Source: Bilabrum cf. latius
Lineage: Eukaryota
NCBI GenBank assembly: GCA_965178125.1
Contig: OZ237752.1
Location: 620,001 to 684,000 of the forward strand
DNA length: 64,000 bases
Direction: 5' to 3'
The translations under genes were made by a program, and so were the position numbers. Positions within the stretch are counted from its first letter, which is position 1, and every line of letters begins with the position of its first letter. Shown piece by piece: positions 48,505 through 59,900 of the stretch. Under the pieces are notes generated by a model that saw nothing but the letters and a program-made list of their open reading frames with translations, had not been told where the DNA came from and made no database searches.

Positions 48505-49794
48505 ATGAAGTCGCTCCACGTACGATTTTGCATAGCTGGGTCGGCAGAGCTAAATTGGCTTCAACTTGCCGGCCCCGGTGAAACAATTGGGCAGCTGCTG
48601 GATAGGACTTCAAATGAGGCGGCTTTGCTCAACGGTGAGTGGAAACAATTGGGGTCAACACCCATCTCCGTCAGAATTATTTGTTTATTTAGCGTCTTTG
48701 GCCTACCTTAGAGTTGCAGGCAATTTTCTGGGACGGGGCACTTGCGTGGCGACATCCGCCGAAGCTGCAACCCGACTACTGACGGAGAAGGATGCGGCGT
48801 AGCCCCCATTGCGAGGCCCAGAGTCCAGCTTTGTCGTATTATGTCCATATTCAGGCACAGCACCAATAGATCGGATTGGTGCTGATTCCGAAATAGAAAT
48901 CGCAGTGCAGCAGCAGGCAGCAGGTATTGAATCACAGCTCAAATCGATCGGAGTTGAATCTACGACTGCCAATACGGCTGTAGTATATGCCATAGCCAGC
49001 TAGAATCTTTAGGGTTGCATCTCTGGAATCGGCTCTGGCGGTGCTCCTGTGGAGGAGGTGGCGATGCGGTGGGGCGGTACCGGCCTATCATCGGCCAGCA
49101 GTTTCTCTGAAGACGGATCCCACGCGGGGCCGAACAACGGCAGCCTGCGAAGTGGTGCCGTCAATAGCGCAATGATGATTGCCACATCACCGTGCTTTGC
49201 CTCGGATCGGACCACAGAACAGGCGGTGACCGCCCTGACAGCCGCGGCTGGCATCTCGCTGGGCACCAGCCCCGCTGGACCGCTGCTCCGGTACGCCGAT
49301 ATCCAGGTAAGGGACGGCCCGGACGGGACGCCGGTTAGGGTGAGCAGCGAGGTTGGTGCCTATTTCGACTCCGAGTCGAGGAGTCTGCTGGACGCGGTGA
49401 GGCAGCGGGCGCTCCGGGCGCCAGAGCACGACGATACTGGCCGCTGGCTGAGGCGCGGCGCCGTTGCGGAACCAGGTATCCTGTCGTGTCTTGCTGCTCT
49501 GCCGAAGGCCGCCGCATCGGCGCTACTCGGCCCGCCGGGCGGCACTCGTCACACTGCGAGCAGCTGGTCCGACGCGCTCTGCCGTGCCAGAGAGGCGATT
49601 GAGGCGGTGGAGTCGGCGGCGCAGTGCACCGACGGCGGGGCGGGGCTGCAGGTGCTGCAGCAGGCAGGGCTCTTGCAGCAGTAGGATTCAAAGTCAATGG
49701 GACAGCTTGGTGGTTTGGCGAGCGGAGGGGGTCGCGGTGCAGATGGTCGTGCGGGTGGAGCAACCGATGAGCAGGGAGTGGCGTCAGTGCAAAC

Positions 49795-49834
<40 letters not shown>

Positions 49835-50344
49835 GCAGCTACAGCCGGTTAGGATAGGCCCGGGGGGCATGCAGGTAGTGCCCCTACCGAATTCATCATA
49901 ATTGAGGATAGTGATGATGAGGATGAAGGAGAAGACGAGGACAAGGACGCGGATGTTGAGGACGACAAGGACGGGAGAAGAAGAGGCAGCGTGCCAGGCG
50001 GACAGACGGAATCAGGCACAGCACAGAGCTTAGCATAGTCAGAAAGTGCGTCAAATTCAGGCGGAGGCGCCATGGCTGCGGGTAAGCTCGGCCAAAAGCG
50101 CCCAAGAAACGAGACGGGGCAGGCTGAAGCCACAAATACTAGCACTAGCAAGCGGCTCCGCTCGGAGGAGGGGGGCAATGCCAGCGGGGCCAAACACACT
50201 GCTGCTGATACACGGGATGAACTGGTGTGCCAGCTGATGGAGATCATGGGGGCTGTCAGCGGTGTGACCGAGAGCTCTGCCAAGCAGGTGCTGCTGGCGT
50301 GCGGCGGCAACCTGGAGCTCGCGGTAGGAACCCTCCTCGGATGA
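48505..50344 (+). CDS. Hypothetical protein with SIM-like motif and C-terminal UBA-like domain (exons 48505-48634, 48720-50344; TAG=Gln)
   Basis: An 85-nt GTGAGT...TGCAG intron restores the frame; FIIIEDSDDEDE; C-terminal QLMEIMGAVSGVTESSAKQVLLACGGNLELAVGTLL before TGA. Confidence 0.7.
49796..49832 (+). repeat. (AGC)n microsatellite encoding poly-Ser
   Basis: Directly visible; in the frame of the UBA-like gene. Confidence 0.9.
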
Positions 50345-50542
50345 CTGCCCGCGCTTGAACGCCGTGTGAGTTGCGTAGAATAATGCCAGTGGCAACTGTA
50401 CTTTTGCAGCAACTTTCCGAGGTCTTTAAAATAGGGGGGAAAGCTTGACCAGCGGTCGGCTTTTGAGGTAGCGAGTACTTTTGTGCAATAATCACACAAG
50501 TAGGGGTTGAGTCTGGGATGCACTTGTCGGCCCCTAGTCAGC

Positions 50543-53500
50543 ATGTCGGGGTCGGGAGATGCATTAGCTGCATTAAGATAGGCATCTGCAGCGCAGTGGA
50601 CCCCAGCGAAAGCATCGAACGGCCAAGGTAGCACACACGGGTAGCTCGAAGATGCCGTGGAAGATGTTGGCGGTGCTGCAGCTGCCGGAGCAGGAGCTTC
50701 TTCGGAGGAAGAGGATCTCATGAAGCTTGATCAGCTGGCATCACAGCTAGCCTCGCAGGTGAGTCGGTGGCGGTCATTTATTGGACTGGCAGCTTGCGCC
50801 CGAACACTGCGCCGTGACGCATCACCCAGCACTGGAACCGCTCTTGTCCTACATCATGCCAGCGCTTCGAACCGCAGGTCGACTACAACAACTAGCTACT
50901 AGGATAGATCCAAACATTGGAAGAGGAGCAGCTGCAGAACCAAAGAATGCTGGCACAGAAGCAAACCGAGCTGCGCCAAGCGCTACAGATCGCGGAGACC
51001 TCGCGGTCAGAGGCATAGGAGATTCGCCGGAACTTAACAACTGCTTAGGATTCAGCTGCTCGCTTGCTTGAGGAAAATAAGGCTCTGCGGGTGGAAGCTG
51101 GCTCTGCCGTGCGAAAGGCGGAAGAGCTCGGCGGAGGCCATGACCAGATGGCGTGAGGCTGCTGATCCACCAGCCATGCTCGCTCTCATTGTTTTTGCAA
51201 ATGCCGCACACAGCCTTGCACCCCGAATTTCAATCGTGTCCGCAGTAGTGATTTGCAGCAAGCGCGCGAGGAAGCCGCGGCCGCCAAGGAGCAGGCCGAT
51301 GAGGTGAGGCGCGAGTGCCGGCGCCTGCAGTCGGAGCTGGACGACCACGAGCAGCGAGCCGCCAGCAAAGGCGCGCTGGTGCAGGCCGAACTCAAGGCCG
51401 CCAAGGAAGACGCGGCCATGCTCCGCGAGCGGCAGGCTCCCCTTCAGGCCGAGCTAGAAGCCGCCAAGGGCAACATGCGGCGGTTCCACGACGAGGCCGA
51501 AGCCGCAAAGGAGGGCATGCGGGCAGCCCAGGCAGAGGCGCGCACACAGCGCGAAAAGGCGTCTTCCCTGCAAGACCGGCTCCGAGAGGGCTAGGCAGCC
51601 GAGGGGCAAGTCTCGCGGAAGGTACAGGAGGCACAGCACCGCCTGGAGGAAGCGGAGGAGCGCGCCTCGAGGGCCCAGGAGCAGCTGCACCTCAAGGAGG
51701 GGGAGGTGGACGGGCTGCGGAAGAGGCTGTCCAGCGCCAAATAGGAGGCAAGGACGGCACAGGAGGAGGTGGCTCGCCTGAAGAGAGAGCTGGAGGCCGC
51801 TGGGGCAGACTTGCTCGCGCAGGCACAGGCCAGGCAGAGGGACGCTCAGCTGGCGCAGGGCAGGGTCAGCGACCTGGAGGCACAGCTGAGGCACGCACAG
51901 GAAGAATCGGGGCACAGGGAGGCCGCGTGGTCCTAGGAGAGCCAGCGCAAGACCGCTGAGCTGCTGGAGGCGAGGCAGGCCTCTGACGAGGCCCTCGAGA
52001 AGCTGCAGGAGGAGCACCAGAAGATGCACGACCTGACGGAGCAGGAGAGGAACCAGCGCAGGCAGGAGAGAGAGGCCCTTGAGGAGCGGCTCGCTGCCAC
52101 GGAGAGGGCCCGATCCGATCTCGCTAGGAAGCTGAGCGTGCTGTCCGAGGAGCACACGGGGCAGGAGGCCCAGCTCCGCGCCGAGAGGGACGCGCTCAGG
52201 GACACGGTCGAGAAGCAGAGCTCTGACGCGCTGTCGAGGACCACTCGGCACGTGCAGATGCTGTCTGCTCTCAAGTCGGCGGTGGCGCAGATCAAGAGCG
52301 ACTGCGAAGACGCGCGGGCAGAGGCGGCGGATGCGAACGCGAGGGCCAAGCACCTGCAGGACCAGCTTGCGCGCGCCTCTGGGGAGGAGGGCTCCCCCCT
52401 TCAGGACTGGTACGGTGAGGTGAGGCGAGGATTCCTGTTCTTGATGGACGCGGTGACTCTTGCGAGGAAGCAGGCAGAGGGCCAGAGGGACCAGTCGGAG
52501 GAGCTCGAGGCTGCTCTGGAGGAGGAGAGGGGCAGGGGCATCATGCTGGAGGAAGAGAAGAGCAGGATGCATAGCGACCTCGAGAGCATGCAGAGGAGGC
52601 TCGAGGAGGCAGAGTAGGCGCACGCAGGCCGTCTGCAGGCGCTGCAAGGGGAAGGCAAGGCGCTGCTCGCGGACAAGGAGGACCTGGGAGCCAAGGCAAA
52701 GCGCCTGCAGGCGCAGCTGGCCTCCACCAACTCCCACAACGTGCGGCTGCAAGAGGCCGTGAGCAAGCTTCAGAGCGAGCTGGCGGACGTCAAGTCCACC
52801 GCCTCGGCCAGGGCACAGCAAGTGGAGGAACACGAGAAGGTGCAGGAGGAGGCGAGGCGCTCCGCGGAGGCGAGAGCGGACGTGCTAGACAAGGAGAAGA
52901 GGGACCTGCAGGCCAGGGTGGATTCTCTAGAGGCTAGGGTGGCTGAACTCGCTAGCAAGAGCGACGGGGCGGACGCGCGCGTGTCTGCAGCGGACCAGAA
53001 CGCGAAGAAGAGGGTGGCTGCCTACGGGCAGCAGGTGGGCAAGCTCCGGGGAACGGTGTAGCAGCTTACCTCTCAGGTGCAGAGGACGCAGTCGCTGCTC
53101 ACACTGGCAAATGAGCAGAAGAGGCAGCTTCAGGTCCAGAACGCCGAGCTGAGGCAGGAGCTGGAGGAGGCTCTGGATGCGCCGGGGGCTGGCGCGGGTG
53201 CTGACGGTGGGGGGGTTGGGATGGACGGTAGCAATGGAAGGGGCGGGAGTTAGTACGGGTCTCCCCAGCTGTATCGCGGCAGTGGCGGCGGTGCCTCTGG
53301 CCATCAGTCGTTCGGGCAGGGCGGGAGCGGAGGTTCTGGTGCCTCGCCCGGCCTGGCTAGCACGGGGGGATCTGGGTCCGGCCCTGGGCCCTCCTCTGCC
53401 GGGGTATCGCACGGTAGTACGGAGGCAGCTGGGGCGGGCGGCGAGGCAGGCGGGAGTGGCGGGTACATGTCAAAGATGCAGGAAGCGAAGAACATCATCG

Positions 53501-53583
53501 CAGGCTTGCAGGCTCAGGGTGACCTCACTGGTAGCAGCAGCGGTGGCGCGTAGGGGGCCTCGGGGCAGCCGGGGGGCACGTAA
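50543..53583 (+). CDS. Long coiled-coil protein (exons 50543-50758, 50878-51152, 51246-53583; TAG=Gln)
   Basis: E/Q/A/R/K-rich heptads. Introns GTGAGT...CGCAG (119 nt) and GTGAGG...CGCAG (93 nt) are phase-compatible. Many TAGs in Q-rich context; ends at TAA 53581. Confidence 0.8.
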
Positions 53584-53912
53584 TCTGTATTGCTGTGATT
53601 TGGTTGGTTTAAGTATCCTAAAAATACGCAATGACCTTCTGGACTGGGGCATGAACACCGTCTGAACGGAACCTCGTGCTGCGCGGCGCCTTGCATGGAT
53701 CGGTGACGTACCGAGTTTAAGACGGCTCTGCGGCGTGTCAATATCGCCTTATCAAACAAGGATCCAAGTCCGTTGGCACCTTTCGTACTATTTGATTAGT
53801 TTGGGTTCTTTGCTACTGCATAGCATTAAAGCTACGACTGCGCTCACAGCGGTGTGAAGTCACTGTTCTAGGTACATTTTCAGCCTTTGATTCGAAATCT
53901 GGCGGGACTGCG

Positions 53913-56900
53913 ATGGATAGTCCCAGTGCAGATGGTCTACCCCCACCACTTTCGTTGGATGAAGGGATCCCAGCCGGTGGACTTGCTGCTGGGGCGAGTT
54001 TCTCACTGGACGATGGTCGCTCGGAGATGCCATCAGGAGCCTTGTCTCCACTAAATGGTGCTGGATCACGCCTGTCACAGGCACAATCATCCTTAGTACT
54101 ATCAGATAATGACCTGGGTGTGGCGTTGCCTGCGCTTCTTCGACGAGCGGTCGTAGCGGGGATACCTGCTGCTCACGGTCCAGGACACCGCATGCTTGCC
54201 GGGCCCCCGTAGATTGCGCTCGGCGAAGCCGCAGCATCAGCAGCTAGGCTACTGCCACCTATACCACTACCAGAGGCAGCCCCGGGGATGCTTCAGCGCG
54301 ATCAAAACGCTTTGCAAAACGCGATCGACGCAATCCAAGCGTCTGGACAACGCACGAGAAGGATCGAATCCGCGCTCTCTGCTCCAGTGCTACGGACCAT
54401 GTCATTAATTTTCAGTCAAACGGAGCAATGCCTAGATGGTGGCACGGCAGAGCTTCCGGCAGCTGCCAGGACTGCGATACAGTCAGCTGAAACTGTGGAT
54501 GAGGCAGTGAAAACCCGCCCCATCAGCTCTGAGGCGGTCAATGAAGCAATCACTGGCCTCGCTGAGCACATCAAACTACTTTGCGATTCGCAAAGCGCTG
54601 TGCAAGAACATACGGGCGGTGCTGCCGAGCCTTTGGCAGCCCCCGCTGCTGATGGGTTGGGCAGAGCCACGGATGCCTTATGGCAGTGCGGTGCTGCGTG
54701 CGCCAGGACGCTTTCCCAGCTCCTGGAAGGATCCGAGCTGATTAAGGTTGAGACCAATGGCGCAGATGATGCTCCCGCTGGAGTCTCGCTATCCGGTGAC
54801 GCCGTCATCCTGGCTGGCATCCGGCAGTGCCTCGGCCTGTGCTTGCGAGGGCTGCGCGGGGCTCTCAGGGGTCCTGCCGGCGAAAGGGCTGGAGATCTAT
54901 CGCCTCGCGATTCTACGGTGCTGAAGCTGCGGCAAGACGCGCGAGTTGCTCTTCTGTAGGGGCTCGTGGAAGTCCTCAGTGCTGGCGAGGAGCAGCCCGG
55001 CCACGACGGAGAGGGAGAGGGAGAGGGGGAGGGGGGTCGTCGCGATGAGGCAGAGACAAAGCACGAGGCTGCGGTGATCGCGCTGCAGGCCAATTGGACC
55101 CCTGGCTGTGTGTTGCGGAGTGCTTCCGTCCAGCCATGTGCCGCAGATGCCGAGGTGGCAGCGCTGGCACTCGCTGCTGGAGTGCCTGCGGCTGCAGCCG
55201 GGCCGATCCAGTCCGCTGTCTCCGACCCCGGATTGGCCGTGGGACCCTTCTGGTTCGGCACTGTGGGGTCTGCGGCAGGTGTTGGTCCTGACCAGGTCTC
55301 AATCTATGTGGATCTGATGCATGGCGCCAGTTCCGCATGCGTCGGCGTGGCGCCGGCCTCACCTGGCCTTTCCTCGACGGGAAGCGCGGGGGGGCCAGGA
55401 CATGGTGCCTTTGGAACGGCCGCCAAATCATATGCAGCAGAACCAAGCGCGGGATCACTCGATGGGACCCAGCGAGATGCCCTGCTTCTGCTGGACCGCT
55501 GGGGACTCTCCCTCGTGGAGCGAAGCGGTGCGCCTGCTGGAGATGGCGGCGGCCCTGCTGTGGCGCGTGACAGGCTCCTGGCGAGGATCCCGCTCGGCAG
55601 CCTTCCAGGGCATATTGGAGAGCAAGCGAGGTCTGGACGCTGCGCTCTGGTGTCAACGGGTTCATATGTCAGCAGATCGCGAGGGGGGCGCGCATCACTC
55701 GCAGGAGACCCGTGCGTGGTGTCGTGGGAGCCAGAGGAGGACGGGGGCGAATCGAGGGGTAATACCCATGACGACGATTCAGAAATGCTCCATGTCACGC
55801 CTATGAAGACATGGCTGAGGCAGTCACGAAGGAACCTGTCCCCTGCCTCTCGTCGGCTCCTCGGCCGCATGTAGGCGGACGGCCGCGGGCAGGTGCAGCC
55901 AGACGATAACGAGGATCGCCCAGGATCCGCTCTGCTGCACCAGGCCAGGCAAGCGGCGCATACGGCCGTCTCCTCAGAGATGTCCGACGACACCGCGCAC
56001 TCTGCAGAGGAGGCGGCATGTGCCAGAGGCATGCAGATTCCCTTGCCTGCGTGTTCCGTCCTGTTGGCCATCGCCTGCGATCAGCACGATGGTGATTCTG
56101 CCTCTGGGGTTAGTCAAACGGGTTTCGTGACGATTACTAGGGAGCCCGTAGCCCTGTCTGGTGCTGGGGACACAGGCAAATCACTTGCGCCCATTGGGTG
56201 GAGGGTGGTGCTTCGTCGGTTTGTTCCAGCTGCCAGCGACGGCGCTAGTGCTGGTGACGGCGCGCACGGCGGCAACACTCAGCGGGATTCATTGCAGTGC
56301 GTCGCAGCCGGTGTCATTCCGATCAGCTGGGACTCAGCTGGTTAGATCCCACCGTCTGGGCTTGTCACTGAGTCCCAGGAGGGGTGTTTCGGAGCTGCGT
56401 CCCGCTCGCTACGATTGCCTTGGGGCTGGGATGGTCACGGGGCAGGACGCACCCACATGGAAGGAATGCCCTCTCCGCGACTACTGAGGGTGGGCGTCGC
56501 AGCTTGGCCCGCGCTAGGTCTGGTGTCAGGGCTGCTTCCCATTGCGGATTACTCCGCAGCCGGAGGTGAGAGCAGGGGATGCGATGCAGCGCACCTCGCC
56601 ATTCTAGTGCCTGGCAACGATCAACAGGGTGGCAGCGACAAGCACATGCGGCCTGGTGCCCCGTCAGTTGTGAGTATGCATGCAAAGTTTGACGGAACTT
56701 TGGTCAGCATCAGCTCCAATGCAGGCGCTTCTTCGCAAGGTATCAGACCGGTGGGTGCGCATCTCGTTGCAGCCGGAGAAGCCGCGGTTGGGTCCTGCGT
56801 TGGATTCCGCTCGATGGCCGTTGAAACGCCACCGATGCACGCGAGGATGCTACGCCCCCCGCGGCGTCAAGCCGAGGACGACACCAAGGCGGGTGGTGAA

Positions 56901-59900
56901 TCAACTGTTGCCAGCTCTGGCATGACCGTACAGGAAGCCGGCATGCTTGTCAGCGCTCAGTTTGTCAAAGGCACAGAATAGCTTAGGTCGCTCCTGTCCG
57001 GGCCAGCATCTCCGGCTCCAGCGCAGGAGGAGCAGCATGACAAGCCCGCTGGTGGCTCTGACGGGACCCATCAAGAGCCAGCAACCGTGACATTGGAAGC
57101 AATCACTGCGTCAGCGCAGCAGGCCAGCAAGCTCCCGGCGGAGCCATCAACTGGTGGGATCTCGAGCGAGTGGTCTGTGCATCTCACCACAGGACCAGTG
57201 GGTGGCGGTGCTGTGACCGCACCGGAAGCGCAGGCGGTGGCCCGGTCGGCTGCGCTGCTTCCGCTCGGAGTGACACGACTACAAGACAGAAGTGGTAGCG
57301 GTAGCCCAAAGCTCGCCAGGCTGGTCGCCGTGTATGGAGCAGGTGTGAGGCCCACATCGGACCTGCGACTGGCTGCTGGAACCTGCGCCCATCGCCCCTT
57401 CGTGTCCACTCTTGGAAGCGACCCGGGAGCGCGCAGGTCTTTGCACGCCCAGGCACCACAAGGAAATGACGCTGGTGCTAGTCTGGAGCTCGATCCGAGC
57501 AGCCGCAGGACGGCAGACCCGCCCGGTTCATCCTCCAGCTGGTGTTGGCACGCGCTCGAACTGCCGGTTGGGAACAGGTTCCAAACCAAGCCTGGTTCTG
57601 GTTCTGCGTCGGTTAGGCTAGCAGCAGAAGGCCTGCAGCTGATTCAAAGGGCTTCACACACTGTGGTGCACGAGCATGGCGACACCGCCTCCATGGATCC
57701 AGTTGCCGTGTCCTGGATCAAAGCAACTGCGACCATGGAGCGCTCTGTAGCGCCAGCAGAAACACTACTGCTGACCAGAGACGGTGCAACGATCAGGCCA
57801 AGATTGTGCAGGGGCTCTTTGGCCATCATGGCCGAGCATGCACTCAAGGGAAGTGCGGTGAGCGCCGTGCTTCGTACATGTCACGAACGGTGGCTGGCCG
57901 CGATTGCCGCTCAGGGAGCCATGTACGGCAGCAATCTTGACAGTGCTGGACGGTTGTCCCTCCTGCGATCGCTGTGGGAACCGTCATTTGAGGGTGTGAT
58001 GACTCCGGTGTGCGACCTCCCAGTGCGCCAATCACCCGCAACTGACGCGAGGAATCTTGCCAGGGCCCATGCCGCCGCCAGGCTGTACCCAGTTGCCACC
58101 CTGGGTGATTGGATGCTGGTGGCATGGCCACAATCGGACGAAGTCGCCGGCCGCGTGCGGGTGATGGAGCCCACCGGTGGCGTTAGGCGAGAAGCTGTCA
58201 TGCAGCAGCTACTTGAAGAGGTTGTGGCTGAGTCAGGTGGTCAGACAAATCCTTCCGTAGCACCTGCTACCACCCTGCTGCAAGGTGTGGAAATAGAAGG
58301 TGCCGATCAGAGATAGGGGCTGCTGGCACCCGTGCCGCTGGGCCTGTCAAATTAGTATGACGCAGAGGCTTCGTTTGCCACCAGCTTAGTATCTGCCGTG
58401 TGTACGGAATCAGAGCATGGTATCACCGCAGACTCGGCCGGGGCAAACCATGGTGGAAGTCTGGCGCATTCACGGGCAGCCTCCGCTTCTAGCGAAGAGG
58501 ACGACCCCATAGCAGGAATTGGTATGCGCTGTCGAGCTGAGTTTGTGCGCATGGGCTGGATCAGGCAGCGGAGCGTGTACTCTGGCGCGGTCTCCGTCGT
58601 GCCCTACTCGCTTGCTGCTGCGAGGTGCAACGCCCTGGTGCGAGCCCTGGCTGACCAGTACATCCTGGAGACTGCGGGCCTCGGGTCTGGAGACTCGAGC
58701 GCGAGCTCGGGTGCTGACGCAGACGCCATGGAACAAGAAGAGGCGGGTCGGTCGGCAAAGCCTAACGCCTCTTCTCGTAGAAGAAGCAAGTCAGGGTCTC
58801 CGCGAAGGAACAAGAGGCGGCGGCACAAGGAGCTGGACGGCCACATCGACCGCCACATGCAAGGGCACGCTGGTGCCCTGGCACGAGCCGCTGCAGCCGC
58901 TGCTAGAATTGTAACGGGAACGAGACCTGGAGCTGTTTTCGGCCGCACAGCGCAGGCGGCAGCCAGGGAGCAGGCAAGGCGGATGGGCTTCGTCCTGAAG
59001 CGGCCTCAAGCGCCCTACAGGAGCCGGCGCGGCACTGCGGGTGCTAGCTTGCGCGCAGAACCTGCGCCTTCCGTGTCTGCTCTGCAGCGAATGCCTTCGC
59101 ATGGTGACAGCACAGGTGCTGCTAGCCCATAGCACCCGCTGCTGCCTACTCCAGTCCGTATCGCACGAAGTCGTAGCTTTGACGGCGGTCGAGGCGGAAG
59201 CCCCAGGTAGCATAGATCGGTCAAGAATGCCCCGCCGTTGGAGTTGCTCGAACCGCAAGTTCCGGAGCAATTTGCCGGCCCAAGCATCGCTTTACTTGGC
59301 TGCAGGCTTTCTGTTATGTGGGCTATGAACAACTGGTACACTGGCACGTGCATGTTTGTTGAGAGCCCCGAGCCGGATGGGCGCATCTACGTCAAGTATG
59401 ACGACGGTGACGAACGCTTCTATAGGCCCAGAGACAAGACTTTTGTGGTCCTGGCTACACCTCCGCCGGCACAGTCAGGAGACTGCGCGGGAGACGAGGG
59501 GTCAGTGCTGACTGCATCCGCCTACCCGAGCCACCGGCTTAGGAAGAGCTTGCTGTCTACGCTGCCCAGCGCTGCGCTCGACATGCTGGCAGCGGGGGCT
59601 GTAGGGGCACAGGATGCTGCAAGCCACGCGCCATCGCTAGCTTTGAGCTCTGCTCCGTAGTAGCCAGCTTTCTTAATGACGGGAGGCGCAGAGCAGCCCG
59701 GTGCGTCGCTGCAGCTGTCGGAGCTTGATATCACGGGCCTGCATGCCATGGTAGCGTCTGCAGCAAGTGGCGGCGGAGACGTGTTGCGAGCGCTCAGCCA
59801 GCTCCAGGGTCAGAACCCGGAAGTCAGCGAAACCATCGCGACGACCCTCGAGCTGAAGCGCACAGCTGCATCCAATGTGCTGTCGAGCCGATCCATCGCG

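Noticed and set aside
2871-50344. DNA-repair gene cluster (Pol A, ERCC8, SIM/UBA)
   Set aside because: The genes are about 40 kb apart with unrelated genes between them; probably coincidence.
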